Shown piece by piece: positions 1-9,674 of a stretch of DNA of 64,000 nucleotides. Position 1 is the first letter of the stretch. Each line of letters starts with the position of its first letter. The DNA comes from Candidatus Sumerlaeales bacterium (GTDB taxonomy: Bacteria > Sumerlaeota > Sumerlaeia > Sumerlaeales > Sumerlaeaceae), in contig JAKFFN010000113.1 in assembly GCA_036675025.1 (NCBI GenBank), positions 5,337 to 69,336 of the forward strand, given 5' to 3'. The position numbers and the translations under genes are program-made. The notes below the pieces were generated by a model. It was given only the letters and a program-made list of their open reading frames with translations. It had not been told where the DNA came from and ran no database searches.

Positions 1-1238
1 AACGAAAATCTGAGCGAGAAGGTTCCATCAGGATTCAGCTCCACGGGCTGTCCTTGTACCGTAACCTGTGCGTCAGGCTCTGTGGCACCGTAAAGAATCA
101 GTTCCGTGTGCACCTGGAGCCAGAAGTCTTTGCCTACTGGGGGCACGGCCTGCTCACTGAAAAGCCCGCTGCTCATTGCAGCGCGCTCCCCATGTAATAC
201 GCCAGTCAGTTGGCGGTGCAAGTGCTTAAGGATACTTTCGCTAGCAGTATGGCTTTCACCGCGCAGGCGCATTGCCATGTCTGCACCAGACATCCGGGTA
301 ATTTTTTCAAAGGATTCCTCTACGATCATCCAGTCGCTGTCGACGTGGTCGCTAAGGGTATTACGCGGGGTAATAATTTCGTTGGAGCGGCACACGGCGA
401 TATAATTCTGCTCATCATCGATGATCCCAAGTTCAGCACACCATGCCTCGTTCGGCTCAGGCAGCCGCACATACCAGCTGCGCGCGTCGTTGCTAAGATC
501 AATATCGAAAAAATAATGTGCAGCTTCATGAGGCCACTGGCGGGCGGTTATTTTAAACAGGCGGAGAACAAGCCGGTTAGTATGCCCTTCCCGGGGCAGG
601 TTTAGCTCCTGACGGGTGGCGTCGTTAATTTCCCAATAAGCGTAAATCCATTCGGGATCACGAACGAGCAGAACCAGCTTGGTATCATCGTACTCGTCGG
701 GCAGGTCACGCGGTGCCTGGGGCGGGGGAGGCCCAGCGTGAACATGCTGGTCATGGAAAAAGTGCTCTTTTACATCCGTCGGCGATTCATCGGTGATATC
801 TTCTTCGCCGCGGATTGCGTCCGAGCTCGGCAGTTCTCCTATGGTATCTGCAATTTCCCTATCGGAGAGCTCAGCGCTCAAAGCTCCTGCCTTCGTCCGT
901 TTTGATGCGGTGGTTTTAGCTGCCAAGCCGCCAGCAGCTTTGCGTGTTCGGGATGTAGTCGACGCATCGGTTTTTGTCGAAGAACCAGTCTTTCTGGCCG
1001 AAACTTTTTCCGCGATTTCCTTCACAGTACCACTTACGGCAGCAGCCACCTTCTTAGCTGTCGTTTTGGCCTTCCGTGCCACCGCCTCAACCTTTTCTTC
1101 CGCAGTATCCAATTTCTTTTTCGGACGTGAACCAGCAACTGGATCTGTTTTTCTTGAAGAAGACGTCTTTTTACCCGGCGATTGCGGGGTTCTTTCCTTG
1201 TTACCTTGTGGAGTATCTTCGTTATTTCTATTGGCCAT
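1..1238 (-). CDS. DUF4912-domain protein (partial; N-terminal ~412 aa; continues past the window start)
   Basis: My own translation of the minus strand shows an uninterrupted frame starting at the ATG at 1236-1238 (MANRNNEDTPQGNKERT...). It carries the DUF4912 hallmark block KLVLLVRDPEWIYAYWEI. The plus-strand ORFs 210..605 and 793..1266 are low-complexity antisense artefacts. Confidence 0.55.
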   Translation of the reverse strand, partial: MANRNNEDTPQGNKERTPQSPGKKTSSSRKTDPVAGSRPKKKLDTAEEKVEAVARKAKTTAKKVAAAVSGTVKEIAEKVSARKTGSSTKTDASTTSRTRKAAGGLAAKTTASKRTKAGALSAELSDREIADTIGELPSSDAIRGEEDITDESPTDVKEHFFHDQHVHAGPPPPQAPRDLPDEYDDTKLVLLVRDPEWIYAYWEINDATRQELNLPREGHTNRLVLRLFKITARQWPHEAAHYFFDIDLSNDARSWYVRLPEPNEAWCAELGIIDDEQNYIAVCRSNEIITPRNTLSDHVDSDWMIVEESFEKITRMSGADMAMRLRGESHTASESILKHLHRQLTGVLHGERAAMSSGLFSEQAVPPVGKDFWLQVHTELILYGATEPDAQVTVQGQPVELNPDGTFSLRFS

Positions 1239-1626
1239 TGGTGTCAGTCTGCTTTTTCGTTTTTGATACTGCAGAGCTGCTAAGTCTGCAATTCTCATGC
1301 CTTGGCACTTGAAACAATAAACCGAAGCATTTTCACGGCGGTGTTACTCACTATCCCTACCACGCCGGAGGCTTTTTTCATTTCAATGGCAGTGAAAAAC
1401 TCCTTCAAAGTCCAGTAGTTTTTGCTCAGAAAAAGTTCGACTGGAATCGGCAGCGGGCTATACCTCTGATGCGGGATCCCACTTTGAGCTGGTGAAGGTT
1501 AAATCCAACGGTCTGGTTTTGTCACTGTCCTGCCATGAATCCGGTTGACCCTGCTGCTGTGGATTAATGCGGAAAGAGGCTAAACTCCAGCCTCTCCCTT
1601 AATCCTACGGAATTAGGAGAGAGATA

Positions 1627-2370
1627 ATGATATCTCGCCCTGCCGTTTTAGTAGTAGAGGACGAAAAGGCTATCAGCGACCTGATAGCCTTTCACCTGGA
1701 GCAGTCCGGCTTCGAACCAGTGGTGGCCGGCGATGGAAGCCGCGCTCTAAGTCTTACTCGCGAAAGGCTACCCGCGCTGGTAATCCTGGACTTGATGTTG
1801 CCGGATATGGATGGTCTCGACATCTTAAAGCTGTTCCGGCAGCAGGACCGGAGTGCACGTCTGCCCATAATATTGCTAACGGCACGCGCCGAAGAAGCAG
1901 ACCGGATACTTGGCCTTGAGGTTGGCGCGGATGATTATGTGGTAAAACCGTTCTCGCCCCGTGAACTTATGCTTCGGGTTGAGCGGCTGATAGCTACCCG
2001 CGAGAATCAGGACGCCGCGCCGGTTCCCACGGTATTTGGTTGCCTGGAAATTGACGAGAATCGCTTCCGGGTGAGTGTTGCGGGTGAACCGATTGACATT
2101 TCTGCCACGGAAATGCGGCTTCTGTGTGAGCTGATCCGCTGCCGCGGAACAGTACTTTCCCGTGGCCAACTGCTGCAGAATGCCTGGGGTTATATGCCGA
2201 ATGTAACCGAACGCACCGTAGATACGCACGTTAAACGGCTTCGCCAGAAGCTTGGCCTCGCCTCTAATTACCTGGAAACTGTCCGTGGCGTAGGTTACCG
2301 CTGGGTCGAAGATCCGTCCCAAGCCGGTGAAGCCAACGCTGCGGGCAGCGCAGCAACCATTGCAGATTAA
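1627..2370 (+). CDS. OmpR/PhoB-family response regulator
   Basis: A GGAGAGAG RBS precedes the ATG. The receiver domain (VLVVEDE, LPDMDGL) and a winged-helix output domain (VDTHVKRLRQKL, GVGYRW) are both present. Confidence 0.9.
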   Translation: MISRPAVLVVEDEKAISDLIAFHLEQSGFEPVVAGDGSRALSLTRERLPALVILDLMLPDMDGLDILKLFRQQDRSARLPIILLTARAEEADRILGLEVGADDYVVKPFSPRELMLRVERLIATRENQDAAPVPTVFGCLEIDENRFRVSVAGEPIDISATEMRLLCELIRCRGTVLSRGQLLQNAWGYMPNVTERTVDTHVKRLRQKLGLASNYLETVRGVGYRWVEDPSQAGEANAAGSAATIAD

Positions 2371-2393
2371 TTGACATATACCGGAGGCCTGAC

Positions 2394-3488
2394 ATGGATA
2401 ACGAAAGCGCACTTTCCTTTGCCACAGATATGATTCATGCACTGCCTGAGTGCGTATGTCTGTACCTCGTCAGTCCGGATATCGTTATTCCGAATACCCG
2501 ATGGAAAATGGTAGTGGGTGATACCTACAGACTGGCTGACCTGAAGGGTATTGGCGTTAACGTTGAAGAACTGGGACCAGAGGTCCGCCATGCCAGCGAT
2601 TCTTCTCGCACTATCGACGTAGCTGTCAGCAACGAAATGATAGGCATCCGGAGGCTGCTGTTCCTTCCTATCCCAGGTCACAACGGCGTATTTGTGGTGT
2701 ATTTGCGCGATGAAACCGAAGTTCGACGCCTTGAGCAGATGCGCAAAGACTTTATCGCGAATGTGTCTCACGAGTTGCGGACTCCACTGACAGCCGTAAA
2801 AGGTTATATAGAAACTCTTCTAGACCCACAGTTCCTGACTATGGAGCGGGTGCGGCAGTTCCTTCCAGTTATATTTGAGCATACAGAGCGGCTGCATAAC
2901 CTCATGCTCGACCTGCTGAGCCTTAGCCGTCTGGAGAGCCCAAATACACGCATCGAATTATCTCCCCTTAACCTTGCCGAACAGCTTCACGATTCCATTG
3001 AAGCGGTTACGCCGCTTGCCCGCATGAAAAACGTGGGTGTGACACTGATTCCACCACCTGATGAAATCCTTGTACTGGCTAACACGGAACACATGGAGCG
3101 TATCCTGGTGAATCTGTTGGATAACGCCATAAAGTACAGTGACCCCAACGAGCAGATCACGGTATGGGCAGAGAGAAAGGGCGAATACGTCTGGACTTAC
3201 GTCAAAGATGAAGGTCAGGGCATAGCCCCAGAAGAAGTAGGCCGTGTGTTTGAAAGATTCTATCGAACCCGAAGCGCGCTGAGTGGCCGGGCGCGCGGTA
3301 GCGGGTTGGGCCTGGCGATAGTAAAACACATTGTACAGCAGCTCGGAGGCGAGATACGCGTTTCAAGCCGCCCGGGCGAAGGGTCCAACTTTTTTTTCAG
3401 TCTTCGCATAGCGCATCCTGAAGGTTCTGCCGCACCTAACGTGCTTGGGCATCAGCGGGACGACACAAAAACAGCGCGAACCGCCTGA
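2394..3488 (+). CDS. Sensor histidine kinase (soluble PAS-HisKA-HATPase, PhoR-like)
   Basis: A GGAGG RBS precedes the ATG. It has the H-box ANVSHELRTPL plus N, G1 and G2 blocks (DNAIKY, DEGQGI, GSGLGLAIVK). No N-terminal transmembrane segments are visible. It lies 23 nt downstream of the regulator. Confidence 0.85.
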   Translation: MDNESALSFATDMIHALPECVCLYLVSPDIVIPNTRWKMVVGDTYRLADLKGIGVNVEELGPEVRHASDSSRTIDVAVSNEMIGIRRLLFLPIPGHNGVFVVYLRDETEVRRLEQMRKDFIANVSHELRTPLTAVKGYIETLLDPQFLTMERVRQFLPVIFEHTERLHNLMLDLLSLSRLESPNTRIELSPLNLAEQLHDSIEAVTPLARMKNVGVTLIPPPDEILVLANTEHMERILVNLLDNAIKYSDPNEQITVWAERKGEYVWTYVKDEGQGIAPEEVGRVFERFYRTRSALSGRARGSGLGLAIVKHIVQQLGGEIRVSSRPGEGSNFFFSLRIAHPEGSAAPNVLGHQRDDTKTARTA

Positions 3489-3631
3489 TACCGGGGCGCT
3501 CCTAAAGCAGCCTGCAGCAGCCAGAAAATCCCGTAAGGTGACAATTTTCTGCCGCTCCTAGGTATTACCAATCTCAATATCGGCCAAGGCTGCCGTTGTT
3601 ACTATATCTAAAGGTTGGGTTAAAACACATC

Positions 3632-5140
3632 ATGGCTCTTACCATGGACAAAATCGTATCCCTCTGCAAGAGGCGCGGTCTCATATTTCAATCGAGTGAG
3701 ATCTACGGCGGCCTCGGTAGCACTTGGGATTACGGTCCACTGGGCGTAGAGCTGAAGCGCAATGTGATGGATGCGTGGTGGCGCTCCATGGTATACGAGC
3801 GCGACGATATCGAAGGACTTGATGCATCAATTTTGATGGCGCCCCAAACCTGGATTGCCAGCGGACACGTAGCGAACTTCAGTGATCCGCTAGTCGATTG
3901 CAAAAGCTGTAAGCGCCGTTTCCGGGAAGATCACCTGCCGCAGTATTTCGGTGTGAAGCTGGTGCACGAAGGCGACGCCGCGGAGGAACTGGTTGTTGCC
4001 GGCCATGGCGATGATTTTGAATCGGTAGTAAAAAAGGTAAGGCAGGGCCGCGAGTGGAGCTCGAAGCCCAAAGGCTTTTGGACAGTGGCTGATGAACCAG
4101 TAGCAGTGCAGCCAGTTTGTCCAGACTGCGGCGGGGAACTCACAGAGCCTCGCCAGTTCAACCTTATGTTCGAAACCCATCTTGGCCCGGTTAAAGACAG
4201 TGCGGCGGTTACTTACCTGCGCCCGGAAACTGCGCAGGGGATTTTCGTAAACTTTGATAACGTACTTACAACCATGCGCCGCAAGCTACCGTTTGGTATC
4301 GCACAGATTGGTAAGAGCTTTCGCAATGAAATCACGCCCGGCAACTTCATATTCCGCACCCGTGAATTCGAGCAGATGGAACTGGAGTTCTTCTGCAAGC
4401 CGCCCGAGATGTGCGGTGAAGGGGAGTGGGATGACATGCAGTGGTGGGAGCACTGGAAAGAGGAGCGGTACAACTGGTACCTCCGCTACGGAATCCGGAA
4501 AGAAAAGCTACGCCTCCGCTCCCATGCATCTGATGAACTAGCCCACTATGCCAAAGGTTGTGTTGACGTAGAATACGAATTCCCCATCGGCTGGAGTGAG
4601 CTCGAAGGTATTGCCAACCGCACGGACTTTGATCTGAAGCAGCACATGGAATTGAGCAAGCGTGACCTGCGGTACTTTGACCAGGCACGGAACGAGAAAT
4701 ATCTGCCGTACGTGATAGAGCCGTCGGCCGGCGCTAACCGTTCGCTGCTGGCGTTCCTTTGTGATGCCTATCGGGAAGAGGCCGTTGAAGGCAAGGAAGC
4801 GCGCACATTCCTGTCGCTTCATTATGACCTGGCACCAATCAAATGCGCCGTGTTCCCGCTGCTGAAGAACAAGCCGGAACTGGTGGAGAAGGCCAAGAAA
4901 CTTGCACGCGACCTGAAGCCGCACTTCTACACGGTTTACGATGATACGGCCGCCATTGGTAAGCTGTATCGCCGCCAGGACGAAATTGGTACGCCGTTCT
5001 GCGTGACGGTGGACATGGACACCCTCAATGACGGGCAGGTGACGCTTCGCAACCGCGACACCATGCAGCAGGAGCGAATCCCCATGGAAAAGGTTCAGGG
5101 GATCGTGAGTGCTGCACTGGCAGAAGCGCGCAAAAAGTAA
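3632..5140 (+). CDS. glyQS: Glycine--tRNA ligase (class II, dimeric GlyQS type)
   Basis: The N-terminus [37 protein letters not shown] is a typical GlyQS start. It has class II motifs and a C-terminal anticodon-binding domain. The ORF-track start at 3596 is probably too far upstream. Confidence 0.88.
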   Translation: MALTMDKIVSLCKRRGLIFQSSEIYGGLGSTWDYGPLGVELKRNVMDAWWRSMVYERDDIEGLDASILMAPQTWIASGHVANFSDPLVDCKSCKRRFREDHLPQYFGVKLVHEGDAAEELVVAGHGDDFESVVKKVRQGREWSSKPKGFWTVADEPVAVQPVCPDCGGELTEPRQFNLMFETHLGPVKDSAAVTYLRPETAQGIFVNFDNVLTTMRRKLPFGIAQIGKSFRNEITPGNFIFRTREFEQMELEFFCKPPEMCGEGEWDDMQWWEHWKEERYNWYLRYGIRKEKLRLRSHASDELAHYAKGCVDVEYEFPIGWSELEGIANRTDFDLKQHMELSKRDLRYFDQARNEKYLPYVIEPSAGANRSLLAFLCDAYREEAVEGKEARTFLSLHYDLAPIKCAVFPLLKNKPELVEKAKKLARDLKPHFYTVYDDTAAIGKLYRRQDEIGTPFCVTVDMDTLNDGQVTLRNRDTMQQERIPMEKVQGIVSAALAEARKK

Positions 5141-5153
5141 TCATTTGGAGGGA

Positions 5154-5181
5154 GGGCCGGTAGCCGCCGGCCCTCTTTTTT
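5154..5181 (+). terminator. Rho-independent terminator after glyQS
   Basis: A GGGCCGG...CCGGCCC hairpin with a 7-bp GC stem is followed by TCTTTTTT. It abuts the NUDIX ATG at 5182. Confidence 0.7.
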
Positions 5182-5841
5182 ATGAACAAACCGGAATCAG
5201 ACTTCATCGAGCCTCGCTGGCTTGCCTGGGCAAAAGAATTACATTCCGTAGCGCAGAACGGTTTGCTTTACGTGCGCGACCCTTATGACCGGGAACGTTA
5301 TGAACAGGTCTTGCGAATAGCTGCCGAAATGATGGCGACCCAGTCGGGCAGTAAAGAGCTGGAGCCAGTGCTGGACTTACTTAAGCAGGACACCGGTTAC
5401 CTCACGCCTAAGGTCGACGTAAGAGCGGCCGTGTTTCGTGAGGGAAAGGTGCTGCTGGTAAGGGAGCTTCAAGACGAGGGACGCTGGACAATGCCCGGCG
5501 GCTGGGCCGACCCTAACGATACTCCGGCTATCGCTGCCGAACGCGAGGTGGTCGAAGAAACCGGGTACCGTGTTAAAGCGGAACGCGTCCTGGCAGTGTT
5601 TGATCGCAGCCAGCCGCACCACGGCCATTATCCCCCACACCCCTTGCACAGCTACAAAATCTTCTTCCTGTGCCGCCTGGTTGGTGGAAGTCCTGCTGAA
5701 AGCCATGAGACCGGGGAGTCGCGGTTTTTCGCAGAAGATGAATTGCCAGTCGACCTCTCAATCGCGCGCGTTACACTGCCACAGCTTACTCGGATTTTTG
5801 AACAACATCGAAGCGGCACCCTTGCTGCGGATTTTGACTAA
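5182..5841 (+). CDS. NUDIX hydrolase
   Basis: It has a Nudix box, GGWADPNDTPAIAAEREVVEETG, matching GX5EX7REUXEEXGU. Confidence 0.8.
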   Translation: MNKPESDFIEPRWLAWAKELHSVAQNGLLYVRDPYDRERYEQVLRIAAEMMATQSGSKELEPVLDLLKQDTGYLTPKVDVRAAVFREGKVLLVRELQDEGRWTMPGGWADPNDTPAIAAEREVVEETGYRVKAERVLAVFDRSQPHHGHYPPHPLHSYKIFFLCRLVGGSPAESHETGESRFFAEDELPVDLSIARVTLPQLTRIFEQHRSGTLAADFD

Positions 5842-6618
5842 CTAACGTGGTCGGCCGACGGCGATGTGCGACAAGATGATACCCGTAGCAACAGCAGCGT
5901 TAAGACTTTCCGCCTCGCCGACCCGCGGAACGCTTATTCTATAGTCTGCATTACGGAGAAGCTCCTCACTCACGCCCCGTGCTTCGTTTCCAATAAGGAG
6001 AAACCCTTCCTTAACGGGTGCCAGTTCATAAATACTCGTGCCCTCCAGTGCGGCCACGTAGGCGGGCGTGCTGCGGTTCTTTAGCAGGACGTCGACGAGG
6101 TTGGCATACTCAACCCGAACACGGGTCACGCTTCCCATTGTCGATTGAACCACCTTTGGCCCAAATGCGTCAGCGCACGTTGGGCTGCAGACAATGTTGC
6201 TAATCCCAAACCAGTCCGCTATACGGATAATTGTGCCCAGGTTCCCTGGGTCCTGTATGCCATCAAGCATGAGAGTCAAACTGGCATGATAATTCACTGC
6301 AACCTGGTAAGTCGGCTTTCGGAAGATTGCCACGACCTTATTAGGCGTGGTGAGCCCGGAGATCCGCTCCAGTTCTCGTTCCGTGATTTCCATCATAAAT
6401 CGGGAGCGCGACTGGGCAAGATCGTAATTCTGATAGAGCCATTCTTCCGTAGCAAAAACCTCATCTGCCGCGACATTGTCAGCCGCCAAAAGTTCGCTTA
6501 CAAGCTTCGGTCCTTCAGCAACGAACATGTCGTGCTCGTCGCGAGCGGACTTCTTCTGGCGAAGTTCATTAATAAACTTGATATGGGCTTTGGTGAGCAT
6601 GGTGGAACAATACAACAT
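5842..6618 (-). CDS. TrmH/SpoU-family RNA 2'-O-methyltransferase (RlmB-like)
   Basis: It has SpoU-methylase blocks (GNLGTIIRIADWFG, LLIGNEARGVS, ESLNAAVATGIIL). The start is uncertain (ATG at 6618 or 6600). The ORF-track start at 6762 would overlap the lnt start region. Confidence 0.75.
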   Translation of the reverse strand: MLYCSTMLTKAHIKFINELRQKKSARDEHDMFVAEGPKLVSELLAADNVAADEVFATEEWLYQNYDLAQSRSRFMMEITERELERISGLTTPNKVVAIFRKPTYQVAVNYHASLTLMLDGIQDPGNLGTIIRIADWFGISNIVCSPTCADAFGPKVVQSTMGSVTRVRVEYANLVDVLLKNRSTPAYVAALEGTSIYELAPVKEGFLLIGNEARGVSEELLRNADYRISVPRVGEAESLNAAVATGIILSHIAVGRPR

Positions 6619-6722
6619 TCTCGCAAGACTTTGTTTTGATCTCCAGGAAAAGGTATAGCTGATCGTCCATTGACATCGCTGCCATACAATTTCCAATTCT
6701 GCATTAGTGCAGGGAGGAACAT

Positions 6723-8231
6723 GTGAGTACGGAAGTTGTGACAAAAGCCAAAGCTGGTTCACTTTTCACCGGTACATGGCTTCGTACCGTGACGTTTGCA
6801 ATCATAGGAGCGGCATGTTATGCTGCTGCATTTCCGCCTCTTGAGTGGGCTTTATTGGCGTGGGTCGCGCCGGTGGCTTGGCTGCTGATGGTACGTGACA
6901 AAAGCCCGAGGCAGCGCTTTTGGTTTATGTTTTTAAGCGGGTACATTGGCACGGTACTTCTCGTACACTGGCTCAGTTCGCTTTTCTCCACGCTGTCGCT
7001 GATGCTTTGGATGGTGCCCGCGGCATACTTTGGGGTGTGGGGAGTAACGGCAACACTTGCAGCGGCTGCAGCGCCCGCGTTGCGTATAGTATGGCCTGCT
7101 GTGGCCTGGGCTGCCATAGAGTATTTCCGGTGCGAACTGGCGCCGCTGGCATTTTCGTTTGGCGGTCTGGGCTATAGCCAGGCAAACTGGATTGGATTCA
7201 GGTTAGCTTCCGGCGTGGGAGTCTATGGCGTTTCTGCACTCATGGTACTTCTTGCTTCGCTGCTGATCGAGACTTGGAACCGTCCAGGCAGGTTCATGCG
7301 AGTGGCAGCGATCGGGGCTCTCTGCGCTGTATTTGCAGGTACAGTGGTTAGCACTTCGTCAACTGCGCCCGACGGCAGCACCATTTTTGCCTCTGCAATC
7401 TTGCAGCAACTGAAGCAGGATGATGACATTGGAGCATGGGATGCTTTGCCTGTTCGTGAAAATACAGCGGACGTGGACTTAATCATCTGGCCTGAGCTAA
7501 CCCTGACTGATGACCCGAGGCAGCAGCAGGCATCGTGGTTTATTGATATGATAGTAACCGATGCGCGGCATGCAAACTGGGGAGTGATGTTTGGTGCCAT
7601 GGATTTCTATGGAGACAACAAGGGGAACGGAGCACCGTACCACAACTCTATATTTTTTCTTAATGATGACAAACGCGCAGTTAAAATTGCCGATAAGAAT
7701 CAGCCTATCCAACTCATGTTAGATGGTGACCCCGCAAGCGATATTGCGATTTTTCAGCCTGCGTTTGCATCGCGCGCGATACCGAAAGCCGGTGTTGGCA
7801 TCTGCTACGATGGGTGTTTCCAGAGATTCTCCCGACGTATGGTGAGCAGTGGTGCCGAGTATCTGGTCTTTCCTGCAATGAACCTGGAGAACTGGGGCAC
7901 GATACAGCATAGGCAGCACCAGCGGATGTTCCAGATGCGTGCTGCGGAAACAGGTCGAACCGTTCTGGTGGCAGCGGTAAGCGGTCCTACTTTTGCAGCC
8001 AATCCAAATGGCACGGTCGCCAAAGAAGCGCCGCTACATGAGACCTACGCCTTACGCGTTAATGTTAAGGCTGCGAAACAAACAGTGTTTAACGCCGGTG
8101 GATGGCTCTTTGGTTACATTTGTATGGCGGGCTATGTATTGGGGGTAGCAGTAGTTGCGGTTAACAAGTTTCGCAGCAGAGGCAAACGCGACGACGCCAT
8201 AGGAGCTCAAGATCCAACAGCGGCTGTGTAG
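6723..8231 (+). CDS. lnt: Apolipoprotein N-acyltransferase
   Basis: It starts at a GTG with a GGGAGG RBS. It has N-terminal polytopic membrane helices and a C-terminal CN-hydrolase domain (WPE, GICYD, catalytic Cys). Confidence 0.85.
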   Translation: MSTEVVTKAKAGSLFTGTWLRTVTFAIIGAACYAAAFPPLEWALLAWVAPVAWLLMVRDKSPRQRFWFMFLSGYIGTVLLVHWLSSLFSTLSLMLWMVPAAYFGVWGVTATLAAAAAPALRIVWPAVAWAAIEYFRCELAPLAFSFGGLGYSQANWIGFRLASGVGVYGVSALMVLLASLLIETWNRPGRFMRVAAIGALCAVFAGTVVSTSSTAPDGSTIFASAILQQLKQDDDIGAWDALPVRENTADVDLIIWPELTLTDDPRQQQASWFIDMIVTDARHANWGVMFGAMDFYGDNKGNGAPYHNSIFFLNDDKRAVKIADKNQPIQLMLDGDPASDIAIFQPAFASRAIPKAGVGICYDGCFQRFSRRMVSSGAEYLVFPAMNLENWGTIQHRQHQRMFQMRAAETGRTVLVAAVSGPTFAANPNGTVAKEAPLHETYALRVNVKAAKQTVFNAGGWLFGYICMAGYVLGVAVVAVNKFRSRGKRDDAIGAQDPTAAV

Positions 8232-8737
8232 GCTTTCAGCGCTGATTCACCAAACAAAACAAATCGCACCTCGCAGAGCGGCATATCAGGGTTTTCCGCC
8301 AGGTATTGTTTAACGGCTTTCAGTGACACAGTTGCTGCTTCGCCTATTGGGTAACCATAGATGCCGGTACTGATCGCCGGAAAGGCGATTGAACTGGCTC
8401 CAGCCTCGGCTGCGAGCTGAAGTGCGCAGCGATGTGCGCTGGCAAGCAACTCAGCTTCACCGCTGCCGCCGCCGTGCCATACAGGCCCGACTGCATGGAT
8501 CACCCATTTTGCCGGAAGGTTGCCTGCGCCGCTAATGACTGCCGAACCAGTGGGACAGCCTTGTGGGTACCGTTGCCGGGTTTCTGCATTGATTGCAGGT
8601 CCGCCTGCACGGTGGATGGCACCATCTACTCCGCCTCCTACTGCAAGGGCAGAATTCGCCGCATTCACTATGGCATCCACTTCCTGTTTAGTAATATCAC
8701 CCTGCACCAGCGTGATGTTAGTTCGGCCGATTTGCAT
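8207..8737 (-). CDS. Macro-domain protein (O-acetyl-ADP-ribose deacetylase, YmdB-like)
   Basis: It carries VNAANSAL...GGGVDGAIHRAGG and GYPIGEAA macro-domain motifs. Its 3' end overlaps the lnt 3' end by 25 nt, convergently. Confidence 0.85.
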   Translation of the reverse strand: MQIGRTNITLVQGDITKQEVDAIVNAANSALAVGGGVDGAIHRAGGPAINAETRQRYPQGCPTGSAVISGAGNLPAKWVIHAVGPVWHGGGSGEAELLASAHRCALQLAAEAGASSIAFPAISTGIYGYPIGEAATVSLKAVKQYLAENPDMPLCEVRFVLFGESALKAYTAAVGS

Positions 8738-8807
8738 AGTTATCCTTAGGCGGGATGTAGTATATCACTATACAGGATTTACTACTCAATACTGTTGGGC
8801 GTGTCCC

Positions 8808-9674
8808 GTGTCTGAGAATATTAGCGAGCAACTGCTTGGCCCGATTGCACTTGTCGTGCAGGATCTCGACAGGTGCAAGCGTTACTATGAGTTGGATATT
8901 GGACTGCAGGTAATCAGGCATAGTGGCAGTGTGGTTCAAATGGGAGTGGGCAAAAAGCCATTGCTGATTCTGGAGGAAAACCCTGCTGCCGTGCGCATTC
9001 ACCGTTCTACGGGTCTTTATCACATGGCTTTCTTGTTGCCGACGCGGCGAGACCTGGCTGCGCAAATCCAGCATTTCGTGAAAAACGGTATAGGCATTTC
9101 AGGTATGTCGGACCACGGTGTGAGCGAAGCTTTATATCTGTCTGATCCTGAGGGCAACGGGATCGAAATCTACAGCGATAGACCCCGTGACAAATGGGTG
9201 TGGATAGACGGCGAGGTAGACATGCAGACGATGCCGCTGGATATCGACTCATTGCTGGCGGAACTGCCTGATAATCCACCAGCCTGGACCGGTCTGCCTG
9301 CAGATACTGTTCTGGGCCATGTGCACCTGCGGGTTTCAGACTTGTCCTCGACTACAGAGTTTTATACCAAGATTCTGGGCCTTGAGGTGACTACACGTTC
9401 GTACCCCGGGGCTATATTTCTTTCAAAAAACGGCTATCATCACCACCTCGGCCTTAATGTCTGGGGAAGTGCCGGAGCAGTCTCCCCACCGGATGGGACG
9501 GCCGGTCTAAAGCATTACACATACAGAGCTTCGAGTTCATCGGAACTGGAGCGTATCAGCCAACGCGCGAAAGACATGGGGGTAGCGTTAACAGAAGCTG
9601 ACGGTGAAAGCATTATCTTAAACGATCCGTCTGGAAACCACGTAAGAATTAAAACCGGCGACTCGGCCGACTAA
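8808..9674 (+). CDS. VOC-superfamily protein (two glyoxalase/extradiol-dioxygenase-like modules)
   Basis: A GTG start at 8808 (VSENISEQ...) gives 288 aa, which fits two tandem VOC βαβββ modules (HMAFLL, HVHLRVSDL). The longer track ORF from 8520 would overlap the macro gene and I reject it. Confidence 0.7.
   Translation: MSENISEQLLGPIALVVQDLDRCKRYYELDIGLQVIRHSGSVVQMGVGKKPLLILEENPAAVRIHRSTGLYHMAFLLPTRRDLAAQIQHFVKNGIGISGMSDHGVSEALYLSDPEGNGIEIYSDRPRDKWVWIDGEVDMQTMPLDIDSLLAELPDNPPAWTGLPADTVLGHVHLRVSDLSSTTEFYTKILGLEVTTRSYPGAIFLSKNGYHHHLGLNVWGSAGAVSPPDGTAGLKHYTYRASSSSELERISQRAKDMGVALTEADGESIILNDPSGNHVRIKTGDSAD

Noticed and set aside
793-1266. Plus-strand 157-aa ORF (and 210..605)
   Set aside because: It is low-complexity Ala/Ser-rich and lies antisense to a much better minus-strand DUF4912 frame. 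It is not coding.
8520-8807. Upstream extension of the VOC-protein ORF
   Set aside because: It would overlap the macro-domain gene by ~220 nt on the opposite strand. A GTG at 8808 gives the expected ~288-aa two-module VOC protein.
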